Positions 12,214 through 23,755 of a stretch of DNA of 64,000 nucleotides are shown here, piece after piece. The first letter of the stretch is position 1, and each line of letters starts with the position of its first letter. The translations under genes were made by a program, and so were the position numbers. The notes under the pieces are model-generated. The model saw nothing but the letters and a program-made list of their open reading frames with translations. It was not told the DNA's origin and did no database searches. The DNA lies in assembly GCA_040954595.2 (NCBI GenBank), contig JBECUI020000039.1, positions 62,001-126,000 on the forward strand, written 5' to 3'. Source of the stretch: Balanoglossus misakiensis (lineage: Eukaryota; Animalia; Hemichordata).

Positions 12214-15085
12214 TTATGCGTAAAGAAAATCCTGCCTTTCAAACCTGTTTTCTATATTGGAAGAACGTTCCTTTACGTATCGAACAGCCTGACTCAGAAT
12301 GTTGGAGTACTCACGCCGTTCTGTCTCGATGAGGCGGTTTGATTCAAACAGTATGTCGGCATATACTTGATAGTAAAATGGAAAATACGGATCGACCGAT
12401 ACCCTCTTGCTGCCGGCAATAACAGACTCCACTATGCTGCTTGCCCGCTGTACTTCTCCAGATAAACAGAGAATATGGGCATAAAAGCTGTTGATAACCC
12501 GAATAATACAAGGCATGTCAGTCGGTTTTTCAATGAAGAAGTGCTCCAGCATATCCCAGCCGGTTGTCCAACTTTTCGGATCGGTAAACATGGTGCTGTA
12601 CTGCGATTCCTTGTGGTATTCCACCTTGCTCAAGATCTCAAGGGCAGGTGTATACTCCTTATTAAAGTATAATGCCTCTGCCAGAAAGAAATCGCGCTCC
12701 AATGTATGCGGACTTTGCCTGAGAATCTTATAGGCGCTTATCCAGTTTCCGTCATATCCAATAGAACGGGCTTCCCATCGTCGACAGAGTTGCACAAGCA
12801 ACTCGTACCCGACGTCTTCGGCAATCGCACTTGCCCGCTCAAACAATTCTCCGGATTTTGTATAATGTCCAAGCTCAAATTCTATCCGTGCAAGGTGTAT
12901 GGTGAAGTAACATGACCAGATATGTTGCCCGTACTGTTTGCAATGTTCCATTGCCTTTTTTGCATAGAAACGTACATCACTAAACTTCCCAAATGCAAAA
13001 TGACAACTACAGGCAGCAGCATAAACAAACATTGCATCCTGGATGGCAGTGCGGGGCTGAATAGCATTCACAGCAAAGGCAACATAATGATCAGTCTCCG
13101 CCCTCTGCCCCTTGTACATGGCAAGGATTCCCAGCATACAGTAGGAAATCGACAAGTAATAATACCCGGCAGCATGGTCCTTACGGACTAAAATAGTTTT
13201 TATATGAGTATCCGAATGTTCTCCCATCAGGAAACTGTGCTGTGCCTGAATGATGAGCCAAGGCAGCTGCATGTATTCTGGAATGTCGGTAAATTGCTCA
13301 ATTGCTGCAACACATTTATGCAATACATCTCGATTGTGTTTTCCCATGCCGTCACGTACCTGCAAGAGAAGCAAGAGCAGTCGAAACAAGTTCATATCCT
13401 CCGCACCGATGCCCGACCGGATAAACTCCATGTCTTCTGTAATAGGGGATACGCCCCCCATTGATATGACTCGATTACAGTATAAATACGTATTCCGTAC
13501 CCAGCGGGCAAACGGAAGATAGTGGAAGCTGTCTTGCAGGTAATTCATGTTTACCGGCAATTCATCTCGTTCATGCAATTGGGCAAAATAACTGCTGATA
13601 ACAGCCTTTAACTCTTCCTGTTTCGTGCTGTCAATCAACTGTTCTGCGACATACAGTTCTTCAATAGTCCTATTCGGGTAAAAAGTTTGCGTATTTCGTA
13701 AATATCCATGTCGCACGAGAAATAGAAGAGCGTCGTATACCTCAGCCGGGTCATATCCGCATCCTGATATAATTTCAATAATATGCTCGATATCCACGTA
13801 ATAAGGAATTGTCTTGCAAATAACAAACAATAGCTCTGCATGAATGGGTAAAATCGGCCTGAGATAGATGGGAATCGACTCATCCCGGTTGTTCAGGGCA
13901 ATAGCAAGGAGGTGGGAAAAGGCAAGGAATGCAGGAAGCTGGGATTTCTGTACATTGGCAGCCATATTGGGAGAGACCAGGTCGTATTGTTCTGTTATTA
14001 CAGAACAATCGTACTGCTTTAATTCCAGTCGATGGCTAATAAGATTCCAATCATCTCGATCGCTGAAAACATGAATGTTTTGTCGAGATGATGCAGTGGC
14101 AAGACAAATGAGCTCATGGTTTGGGTCGCTGACGCTGAGAAATCTTATCCAGATCATTGAGATATTCTTTGTTCCAACAATCGGCTGACTCAATAATAAG
14201 GTACGCACAGGTATTAAGACGCCGATGCCTGCTGATGTATAAACTGATGATCCGAGTTATAATTCGATATATATCTTCTCCTTCCGGAAAAAATTGAAGA
14301 GATTTGTCGGTTATTCGTACTATGGTAGCAAGCATCTGGTTAAAATCATCCATCTGGTCGGGAAGAACTTCTCGATGGAGGGCATTGACATCAATACGCG
14401 ATAAAAACATGCGGAAACAATCAATCAGACTAATGCTTTTAAACCATGGGAGAGAAATGTACGACAGAACATCTTTGTTTGACCTTTGCACAAGCTCCTC
14501 TATCACTTCCGGAAGTCCGCCATAGATGTTTGCCTGAAAGAAGATGAGATTCCTGCCCTGCCCTTTCTCTCCAAGCAACATTGCATGTATGCGGCTTAAC
14601 TGATGCTCATTTGCAACGAAATGAGAAAAAAGCGAGGTAACACTGTCAGATATTGTTCCCAGATATTCATCAACCTCACCCAAATTCCGAAAATTCGCAT
14701 ATGCAGCAAAGAGTTGTGAGGCCTGCGGAGTGAACCATAACTGTTCGTTTCCGAAGGTTCGTAATAATATGTTCCGAACATTCAGGAATTCCAGCTCTAC
14801 ATCATTATCGTCGCAGATATCAAAGATAATTTTATACCCGTCTAGTTCGTGCCGATGTCGCATGAAGTGCTCACGGACATACCGTAGGGTTTGTATAATC
14901 TGCCTGCGATTGAGCATATCTACAGTTTTTTGATAAAAACAACAGTAGTTTCCCTGCACAATGCCGGGAACAAATGATCCTTCTTCAAAAATTCGGTACA
15001 GACCTTGCCAACAATGCCGGAATTGTTCGTCGTTCAGATGTATGTGCTGCTGTAAAAAAACAATACGGACGAGACAAAAATACAT
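12214..15085 (-). CDS. Large hypothetical protein with C-terminal TPR-like helices; probably one gene frameshifted near 14115-14150
   Basis: Overlapping ORFs 14114-15085 and 12214-14208; deleting one base (e.g. in ATTT) joins them as ...DLDKILSVSDPNHELICL... Confidence 0.6.
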
Positions 15086-15087
15086 GT

Positions 15088-15705
15088 CTAGGCCCCCGGT
15101 AACGGAGTCTGTATATCTGCCGGAGCAAAGGGGGATACTTCATGAGGGATCGCTAGTAAGGTGAAATCGCCTTGAATATCAAGAATTTTCCACTGAAAAT
15201 CATTCCTTTTATACGTAACATTGACTACAGCTGTGCCGGGATTGCCGCGGACCCGCACATTAGAAAAATATCGTCCATCCTCTGCTCGCCGAATGCTTCC
15301 TATGCGAACATACTCTAGGGTCTGCAATAAGGGCATTGTTACCTCAAGCATCCACTGCATCTCCTCTACGCTCTGTTCATCAACATACTGAGACAAAATA
15401 TCCGCCAAAATAATCTCTTCGCCTGTAAATGCATTAAAAAATGCTTCGGTGAGTTTCCGAATGTCGGAAACATTCCGATTTATTGCACCGAAATTCTCTA
15501 AACTGCCCGCTAATCGATCCGAAGGTAAGCGTGGGTTTACGGAAACAAGTCCCACGGCATGGTATAAGGTAGTGCGATTTAATGAAAAAAAGCTATTGTC
15601 GATAGTAGAAGGAATATTCGCCTGTTGAGCTGTAAATAGTAGAAATGCAAGCAGTATGGTAATGATTTTTATAGTAAGCATCCTTGCAGCAAGATTATTG
15701 TACAT
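15088..15705 (-). CDS. Hypothetical exported protein
   Basis: 205-aa ORF with hydrophobic N-terminal signal (likely start MLTIKII). Confidence 0.7.
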   Translation of the reverse strand: MYNNLAARMLTIKIITILLAFLLFTAQQANIPSTIDNSFFSLNRTTLYHAVGLVSVNPRLPSDRLAGSLENFGAINRNVSDIRKLTEAFFNAFTGEEIILADILSQYVDEQSVEEMQWMLEVTMPLLQTLEYVRIGSIRRAEDGRYFSNVRVRGNPGTAVVNVTYKRNDFQWKILDIQGDFTLLAIPHEVSPFAPADIQTPLPGA

Positions 15706-15856
15706 TGTTAGAATAAATATTTCAACAATCTTCCCATAACAAGTATAATATTCCGTACTTTTTTAAAAAATACTACTTCAAAATTGCCTTTTTTTTTGCT
15801 ATAAGATGCAAATTTTTGTTGACTTATAACCGATACTGTCTATATATATAGAAGGT

Positions 15857-17260
15857 ATGAAAGTAATCAAGATCATTCTTATTGTTGCATGTTTATCTCT
15901 TTTTACAATGACCGCTATGGGACAAGAAGAAAATCCTCAGTTTCCATACTGGGTATATTCTCCCGAGATGGAAATTCGCAATCCCGGATTTCAGGGGAGT
16001 GTTGATTTTGGAGTTGTTCCTCCAAGCGTCGACCAAACAAATCAGCAATTTTATAATCGTCTCAACGTTTCCCTCAAGTATACTGTTAAAAAATTCCGTA
16101 TAGAATTAACTTTTCCGCTTACTTTTCGTATGACACTCAGTAATACTCCTTCTTTCGAGTTTAATACGAGCGAGTGGATTCCGCGGGACTTGAATCATGG
16201 ATTGGAAATATATCTCTCGCGAATCAATCTTACCTATGGGAGCCCGGATGACCCGCTTTTCTTTACTTTTGGAAAACTACAGGGGATTCGCTTCGGAAAC
16301 GGGGCTATTGTAGACCGATATGATAACACGGCCTACGAACCCTTTCAGTCATTGCCGGGTGCTGCTCTGAATCTTGATTTGAAGGAATGGAATGTTCCGT
16401 ACTTCGGCATTCAGGCTATGACCAGTAATGTCGGCAGATTGGCTGTTATCGGTGGAAGGGCGTTTTTCCGTCCCCTTGCGTTTCTGAAGGATAATGCTAT
16501 CGGTAATATGCAAATCGGAGCAACAGTTGTTACCGACCAAGTGCCCTTCTACAATGTAGATATTGCTATAGCAAATAAACAGAACGATGCGACTACCGAT
16601 GCTATTGCTACTCGTATTACAGGGTTAAATAGTAAGCAGCTTATGGTCTACGGTGCAGATATCCGTCTTCCGACAGTAGCAAGTAAAAACTTTTCAATGG
16701 ATATATACGGCGATTATGTTTATCAACGGGGAGCACATGGTGCTCGTCTTGGTATTGATACCCGTATCATTCAGTTCCTCTACCTGGCAGGACGCGTTGA
16801 TTACGCACAAGATAATTTGATCTTCGGCTACTTTGATAAAGATTACAATGCAATGCGAACAGACCGATACCTGATTTTCCTCGGTGAAGAAAAGCAGACT
16901 GGGGGAATAAGCTGGAATGCTCGCTTGGGTACATTCTTCCTGGACAATAAGCTCGGGTTTGAAATGGGTGTTACAGGTGGATTTTCTGCACAAAACCCCT
17001 TTTCTATGCGTGCTGAGTTCTCTATCCGAGAAGGGGCTATCCCAGGTTTTGAGGTCTTTAGTTTTATTGCTTATTATGAGAAACAAAAGTTCAATACTGC
17101 TTCTGAGCTTGCCGAACTTAAAAATAGTACGATTGGAGCTGAAATGAACATCAAGATTAAACCTGCAGTTTTACGTTGCAGTGTTGCGTTAGTGAATGCC
17201 CCGTTAACTGATTTGGGCTGGAGAATTGCTTCCGATATTGGAGTAACTGTTTCGTTTTAG
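15857..17260 (+). CDS. Putative outer-membrane beta-barrel protein
   Basis: Signal peptide, amphipathic beta-strands, C-terminal IGVTVSF. Confidence 0.7.
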   Translation: MKVIKIILIVACLSLFTMTAMGQEENPQFPYWVYSPEMEIRNPGFQGSVDFGVVPPSVDQTNQQFYNRLNVSLKYTVKKFRIELTFPLTFRMTLSNTPSFEFNTSEWIPRDLNHGLEIYLSRINLTYGSPDDPLFFTFGKLQGIRFGNGAIVDRYDNTAYEPFQSLPGAALNLDLKEWNVPYFGIQAMTSNVGRLAVIGGRAFFRPLAFLKDNAIGNMQIGATVVTDQVPFYNVDIAIANKQNDATTDAIATRITGLNSKQLMVYGADIRLPTVASKNFSMDIYGDYVYQRGAHGARLGIDTRIIQFLYLAGRVDYAQDNLIFGYFDKDYNAMRTDRYLIFLGEEKQTGGISWNARLGTFFLDNKLGFEMGVTGGFSAQNPFSMRAEFSIREGAIPGFEVFSFIAYYEKQKFNTASELAELKNSTIGAEMNIKIKPAVLRCSVALVNAPLTDLGWRIASDIGVTVSF

Positions 17261-17269
17261 TAATTAATC

Positions 17270-19452
17270 ATGCGGCAACTTAGAATATTGTTATATATAA
17301 CTTTTCTCGTTCTCCTAGTTATACCGATTTCGGCACAAGAAGCTATACTGGAATACTATGATGATGCAGATGGCTTTATGATTATTCAGCCGACAAGTAT
17401 GGAGTTTGAAACAACAAGACATACTGGTATGATCCTCCTGCCGGGGGATACTATTATTAGTGAAACGAGTAATATCGAGTTGCAATTTCCCAATACGCAA
17501 ACCATGATTCTTATACGGGCAAACAGTCGCATGGAATATGTTGCTGGGGATAGTACCCGAATCGATTTAGTCCTTTCTCAGGGACAAGCACGTATTATTG
17601 CCGGTACAGGGAGTAATGTCAGTATTAACTCTGAAGATATTCTGATGAGTCTAAGCAAGGGAGACTATATTCTTGACCATTCAATACCCGGGAATGAAAT
17701 ACGGTACGTACTATCGGGCAATATGGAAATAATTAATAAGAAAACAGCTGAAACCACGCAGGGGGGGGAGAATGTTGCCATTGCCGCTGCTGCTTCAACG
17801 CTTACTGATCTGACGAATGAGGAAATAAATACATTACAGAATGACTACCGATTTACCTGGTTTTCTCGACTGGATGGTGAGGAAGCAGCAGTAGCTACCG
17901 TGCAAGAAGAAGGGTTGCCGTTGACCTTGCCCCCTTACAAACAGGTCCTATTTCTAAAAAAAATGCCTCCGAAAATCAGCTATTTTGGTGGGTTCCCCTG
18001 TCCGAGGAGGAGAAAGGGTTTAAGTTTAATATGCTTCTCGACGCTGGTGCATCAACGGTTATCGATAAGACATATATTAACTTTGCGTTCCGTCCGCGAT
18101 TTTCAATTGGACGATTTAGCATGGAGTTCTATCTTCCCGTGCAGTTTAGTACGGAACTAACCGACTTGCAAACAGCATTCCGACAACCGGATGGAAACAT
18201 TGAGTGGAGTTTCGGTTCTGATTATAATTGGCAAGCTGACCCTCTGGGAGCATCATTCGACCTTCTAAATGACGTAGTTACTAAAATTCACTACATACGG
18301 TTTGCCACCTTACGTGATCCATTTTCTCTGCACATGGGACGTTTAGAGAATGTTACATTCGGATACGGCTTATCCGTAAATAAGTTTGACAATAACCCGT
18401 CCTACCCGAAAATACGCAAAATCGGTTTGCTGACATCTCTGGATATCGGCTACTTCGGTTTGCAGTTTTTAACTGCCGACATTGTCCGTCATCCAGGACT
18501 CTACAGTTTGCGCCTTTTCACCCGTCCTGTAGCACGTCGGTACCGCATGGAAATAGGGTTATCAATGACAACAGATAGCGCACTGGATCGAGTACGAACA
18601 ACATCCATATCCTCTGAACAGACTGCTACGACGCCTGCACAGACTGCTCAACAGCATCAACTATGGTACCTAGCCTTCGGTGCAGATATTAAACTGCCCC
18701 TGCTTAATCCAAGTGCTCCCCTGACTCCTCTTGCTATTATTGCAGAAACCAGTTTTATTTTACCGCTTGCGCAGGGAAACCGACCGATCTTTCCCATTGA
18801 TCAATTATTTGCTCCCTCCGCATGGCCAAATATTGGTGGTATCCTTGTTGGAATACAGGGAGAAATTGAACCGGCATCATGGTTTAGTATGGTATACCAG
18901 ATTGATGCACGGTTTTATGGTGGGCTCTTTGTTGACGGCTTCATCAATACATCGTATGCCTCAGTTGGTCGTATTGCATACAACAAAATGATTGGCGAAC
19001 TGATAATGAAAAATGAACCACTGGCAGCCCTTCCCACTACTCTTAATATATCAGCCCGTATGGATATGCTCTTTCTCAATACTTTTGCCATCGAAGCATT
19101 GCTTTGGCTTCCCCTCGAAAACAATGCGGACAATTATTCCTTCGGCATGAATGACCGTCTTGAAATAAGTCTGCGAATTATTCCGGAAGACTTCTTTATA
19201 GAATTTTTTGCCTCTCTCCAGAGAAAAAACTTTATTGGATACTTTCTCTACCCAAGTCCGGGTGCCCATTTTCTGGACTCAGACACAGTTCTGTCGGCAG
19301 GGTTATCTTTTAATATTGGAAAGGCTACAAAGATTTCAATCCTTGGTTCAACCGAGATACAACGGGACAACACTGGTAGTATTCTCTACGATAATGTTGA
19401 TATACCGCTCAACGGCGGAAATCTTACACTCAAAGTATCATTTGGTATATAG
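17270..19452 (+). CDS. FecR-like N-terminal domain fused to a beta-barrel paralogous to the upstream gene; frameshift at GGG 17912-17914
   Basis: GMILLPGDTI...LSQGQARI is FecR-like. Adding one G joins ORFs 17270-18160 and 18031-19452 as ...VQEEGVAVDLAPL...; protein ends LKVSFGI. Confidence 0.65.
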
Positions 19453-19507
19453 GATAGATACTGTCGCTTGCGCATGGTATAGTTTACTTATACTATAGGT
19501 AATTGAT

Positions 19508-21199
19508 ATGCTGATAAATATACTTGATCCAGACAGCGTGCGTAAAATTTCTGCAGGTGAAGTCATTGAGGGACCTGCATCCATTGTTCGTGAACTGATG
19601 GATAACGCTATCGATGCCGGTGCTACTCGTATAGACATTCATATTGAACAAGGCGGCATCCATAGCTTGCGCATTACCGATAATGGAATTGGCATGGACA
19701 AAAAGGATATAGAACTTTGCTGGCTTCCCCATGCAACATCAAAGATACAGAATGTTGACGATCTCAACCAGCTTCATACACGAGGCTTTCGTGGCGAAGC
19801 ACTTGCATCGGTTGCCGCATCGGCTCGTATGCAAATACAAAGTTGCACCAAGAACAATACTGCCCATTCACTTATAGTGGAAAACAGTGCTTACGTCTCT
19901 GCGAAGCCAATGCCCCATGCACAAGGCACAACCATACTGGTTGATAGGCTCTTCCATAACATACCGGCTCGCAAAAGGTTTCTAAAAAACAGTACTGGTG
20001 AATCGAGCAAGATTCGTGCCATGATCTGGGAGAAAGCCCTGCCGGTTCCGGAGATCGAAATCCGCTACCATACGGATAATAACTTAAAAAAGCATTTTCC
20101 AAGTGGCGATTTATGTACTCGAGTAAGCCATATAACAAATATACCCGTATCAATGCTCCATCAGGTAGAATCGAAGGGGACGTTTTTTTCTATTACCGCG
20201 ATCCTTGCGGACCCCGAAAAAAAGAATCGGACTCGCACAGGAATACGTATCTATGCAAATAGTTATTACATACGTGACTATGCTCTTATAAATGCGGTGG
20301 AATATGCATATCGTGATGTATTGCCAGGGGGATCCTTTCCTACTGCGGTAGTATTGTTGTCGATTGATCCTGCTATGATAGATGTAAACATTCACCCTGC
20401 AAAACGTGAAGTGCGCATACGCAAGATCGATGAAGTTCGTTATGCACTCATTCAGACCATCCGCTCTTCGAAGTTTACCAAGATGTCACCCTCTGAACAG
20501 TCATCGGTGCCGCCTTCCTTTCATGATCAGTGGAAACCCGTTCCGGCCTCCGAGTGGGTTCCGCAGTTTCCTGCAAAGGATACAGTTCGCAGTCCGAGTC
20601 CACAAAGCTTATGGACTGAACAAAGAGAGCTAACCCAAGAAGAACGGAGCAAAACGGATCCGACTATACGCTATCTGGGTCAGCTATACGATACATTTCT
20701 CATTATTATGCGTGAATCTACACTTTTCCTTGTCGATCAGCACGCTAGTCACGAACGACTTATATATGATAGATTACAAACATCTCTACCGGTACAGACA
20801 TTGCTCCTACCTATAGAGTTTCAGGTAAGGGATGAAGAAGCCGAAACAATTATAAAATATCAAGAAGAATACCGGAAAATCGGAATTAGCATAAAACAAA
20901 AAAATGACACAGTTTTCTCAATCAATGAGGTTCCTGAACCCTATCTGCCTCTTATTGATGAGCTGCCGGATTGTATCCGCACTCTTCGCGGATTGCAAGA
21001 TGAGTTTGCAAAAGAATTGCTTGCTAGTATGGCATGCAAGAGTGCTATAAAGTCGCGCGATAGCATTAGTCCTGCCTATGTTCATGAACTGATCGGCTAT
21101 GTATTTGCCTTAGAACAACCTCATTGTCCTCACGGACGCCCACTATGGGTAGAAATAAGTGAGACAGAGTTGTTGAAACGAATCGGTAGAACCCAATAA
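19508..21199 (+). CDS. mutL: DNA mismatch repair protein MutL
   Basis: ISAGEVIE, NAIDAGA, GFRGEALAS, DQHASHER, CPHGRP. Confidence 0.98.
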   Translation: MLINILDPDSVRKISAGEVIEGPASIVRELMDNAIDAGATRIDIHIEQGGIHSLRITDNGIGMDKKDIELCWLPHATSKIQNVDDLNQLHTRGFRGEALASVAASARMQIQSCTKNNTAHSLIVENSAYVSAKPMPHAQGTTILVDRLFHNIPARKRFLKNSTGESSKIRAMIWEKALPVPEIEIRYHTDNNLKKHFPSGDLCTRVSHITNIPVSMLHQVESKGTFFSITAILADPEKKNRTRTGIRIYANSYYIRDYALINAVEYAYRDVLPGGSFPTAVVLLSIDPAMIDVNIHPAKREVRIRKIDEVRYALIQTIRSSKFTKMSPSEQSSVPPSFHDQWKPVPASEWVPQFPAKDTVRSPSPQSLWTEQRELTQEERSKTDPTIRYLGQLYDTFLIIMRESTLFLVDQHASHERLIYDRLQTSLPVQTLLLPIEFQVRDEEAETIIKYQEEYRKIGISIKQKNDTVFSINEVPEPYLPLIDELPDCIRTLRGLQDEFAKELLASMACKSAIKSRDSISPAYVHELIGYVFALEQPHCPHGRPLWVEISETELLKRIGRTQ

Positions 21200-21205
21200 A
21201 AGAAT

Positions 21206-21868
21206 ATGAAAATACTATGTATCTCAGATGAAGTTGATCCCCTTATCTACAGCGAACATATTCAACAGCGCTTCGGCGATATTGATTGTGTTATTGCTGC
21301 TGGCGACCTCCCCATGGAGTATCTCGGTTATATTGCATCAAGTATTATGAAGCCAGTGTTCTTTGTTTTCGGGAATCATAATCTTCAGGGTATGAAATAC
21401 TTTGTAAGAAATGATGTTATGCAGTTTCCACAAGACAATAAGACGGAATTGCCGAAAACATTTGGTGCAACATATATTAATTGCCGTTCGGTTCGATTTC
21501 GTCGCACACTCATAGCGGGACTGGGGGGATCGCGAAAGTATAATAATAGTCAGAATCAATTTACCGAAACTACTATGCGCTATAAGATATTAAAACTAAT
21601 ACCGCGCCTGATTTGGAATAAACTCCGGTACGGCAGATTCCTGGATATACTGGTAACGCACGGGCCACCGTTGGGTATTCATGATCTTCCCGATCGATGT
21701 CATCAAGGCTTTAGCTGCTTTCTCTGGTTTATGAAGGTATTTCGCCCACGCTATCTGCTCCATGGACACATCCATCTCTACGATCAGCGAACTACTCGCA
21801 AAAGCACCTGCTACAACACCGAAGTTATTAACGTGTTTAAGCACTACGTACTTAAAACAGAAAAATGA
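21206..21868 (+). CDS. Metallophosphoesterase (calcineurin-like)
   Basis: ISD, AGD, GNH, THGPP, HGHIH motifs. Confidence 0.9.
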   Translation: MKILCISDEVDPLIYSEHIQQRFGDIDCVIAAGDLPMEYLGYIASSIMKPVFFVFGNHNLQGMKYFVRNDVMQFPQDNKTELPKTFGATYINCRSVRFRRTLIAGLGGSRKYNNSQNQFTETTMRYKILKLIPRLIWNKLRYGRFLDILVTHGPPLGIHDLPDRCHQGFSCFLWFMKVFRPRYLLHGHIHLYDQRTTRKSTCYNTEVINVFKHYVLKTEK

Positions 21869-22791
21869 ATACAAACTTACACAGACAACAGGCAAATGAC
21901 AACTTCTCTAAATCCCGCGGACAAGCAACGCTGAAAAGAATTGTAAACCTGCTTACTCCATGGAAACAAAACTTGCTAAAACTCGATGATGTGAAACGTC
22001 TTATTCGTCCGAAAAAAGAGATATACCGTGGCTTTAAAACGATACCTATAAAAAAGATTATCGGTAGCGAGGGGCGTTACAATGACTTTACCACGTCATT
22101 TCTTCCAAAATACGAGTACCTGCGGGGGCGCTGGACCAGCATTGATGTTGCTCATTACTCCCAAACCAATCTACCGGCTGTTCAACTGTATGAGATCGGG
22201 GGCATGTACTTCGTGCGGGATGGGAATCACCGAATTTCGGTAGCACGGTACGAAGAGATTGAAGAAATAGATGCGATTGTAACATCTCTGGAAACAGAAA
22301 TACAGCTAGAAGAAGGAATGACAAGCGAACAATTACGGGAGACGGTTATTAAATACGAAAAAGACGAATTTTACCGCACAACTAATTTTCGTGAAGTCAG
22401 TGGGGGCTATAATCTCGTACTAACCTCAACCGGTCAATACAAGGAGATACTTGCAATGATTCATGCACATAAACAATATATGAAAGAAACACATAAAAAA
22501 GAGGTCTTACTGGAAACGGCAGTACATGATTGGTTTATGAATATTTTCTATCCCCTTGTTCGCATTATACAAAAACAAAAAATTCTCTCCCGTTTCCCCA
22601 GAAGAACATCCGATGACCTCTTTCTGTGGGTCTTCCGCCATTGGGAAGAACTCCGGGAACAGGGCGGTGGGGGCACAAAAGTAGAAAGTGCATTGGAACA
22701 CTATGCCATGTCTTACGGCAAAAGCATGATGCAACGCTGGTGGGAGCGCATATGCACAGTAATGAAGCAAATACGCCAAGTATTCAAGTAG
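21865..22791 (+). CDS. ParB/Srx-fold (DUF4032-like) protein
   Basis: IIGSEGRYNDF, LPAVQLY, YFVRDGNHRISVA; overlaps the preceding stop codon. Confidence 0.75.
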   Translation: MNTNLHRQQANDNFSKSRGQATLKRIVNLLTPWKQNLLKLDDVKRLIRPKKEIYRGFKTIPIKKIIGSEGRYNDFTTSFLPKYEYLRGRWTSIDVAHYSQTNLPAVQLYEIGGMYFVRDGNHRISVARYEEIEEIDAIVTSLETEIQLEEGMTSEQLRETVIKYEKDEFYRTTNFREVSGGYNLVLTSTGQYKEILAMIHAHKQYMKETHKKEVLLETAVHDWFMNIFYPLVRIIQKQKILSRFPRRTSDDLFLWVFRHWEELREQGGGGTKVESALEHYAMSYGKSMMQRWWERICTVMKQIRQVFK

Positions 22792-22832
22792 TGCTTATTC
22801 AATCTAGGGCTGGCTATTGCGGAGTGAACAAA

Positions 22833-23480
22833 CTAGTACGGTCCACTGAGGTATCCACCCTGCCTTTCCGTCGGGGTGTAGAAATACATGAGGGCATACT
22901 CGTTCTGTGTATCTCGCACTATAACTGAGTTGTGTTCTACCTGCTGAATATTAGTTGGTACCCCGTCCTTGTCCAATCCAAACATGTAGTTCAACTGAAA
23001 AAGACTCGTGAATACTTGATCCCTTCCCCGTTTTTCAAAAAGGGGAATACGGTTTTTCGATAATGCAACACGCGGAGAAATAAATAATATTTTCTCTGTT
23101 TCATCTCCGCTGTAGCTCTGTGCAACAATACGATAAATGCCGCGCGGCATGTTCTCGTAGTTGTGCATACGAAGCTGTGCCAGCAGTATTTCACTACTGC
23201 TTTCACTAAACTGCTTCCATTCTTCAACACCTAATGTCCAGTATAGCTCCAGCTCGTCATGGATAATGTATACTACCGCAATGTCTTCGACAATATCAGC
23301 AGTGCGAAGATTCATCCAAACATTGAGATACTCATATGTTTTTTGTTCTTGTCGGTCATCATATAGACCTAATGCACCACTGGCTCGTACAATCTCAAAC
23401 GAGGAATTTTCACAAGACAAGGTAAGTACCATAGACAAGACTATTAGCAATGGTAGTACTGATGCTTTGCAAAGGGGCAT
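22833..23480 (-). CDS. Putative lipoprotein
   Basis: Hydrophobic leader ending LTLS-C; ATG abuts the rpsU stop. Confidence 0.7.
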   Translation of the reverse strand: MPLCKASVLPLLIVLSMVLTLSCENSSFEIVRASGALGLYDDRQEQKTYEYLNVWMNLRTADIVEDIAVVYIIHDELELYWTLGVEEWKQFSESSSEILLAQLRMHNYENMPRGIYRIVAQSYSGDETEKILFISPRVALSKNRIPLFEKRGRDQVFTSLFQLNYMFGLDKDGVPTNIQQVEHNSVIVRDTQNEYALMYFYTPTERQGGYLSGPY

Positions 23481-23690
23481 TTAGTAATTTTTTATCGCAC
23501 GCTGACGTACTACTTGTTTATATAATTTGCGTTTCAGTGCTTTTTGTTTTTTATTACGAATAGATGAGGGTTTTTCGAAAAATTCCCTGCGCTTCCACTC
23601 TTTAATAATACCTTCGCGCTCTACCATGCGCTTAAAGCGCTTGAGAGCACGATCCACAGATTCTGTTGGGTCAATAGTTACTTGGGCGAT
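23481..23690 (-). CDS. rpsU: 30S ribosomal protein S21 with ATC start (missed by ORF track)
   Basis: (I/M)[41 protein letters not shown]...; 69 aa; GGAGGT 5 nt upstream. Confidence 0.95.
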   Translation of the reverse strand: MAQVTIDPTESVDRALKRFKRMVEREGIIKEWKRREFFEKPSSIRNKKQKALKRKLYKQVVRQRAIKNY

Positions 23691-23755
23691 GTTTTACCTC
23701 CTGCATCTTCACTTCGTTATATAGTACTCATAGAAATACAATTATGTCAATAGAA

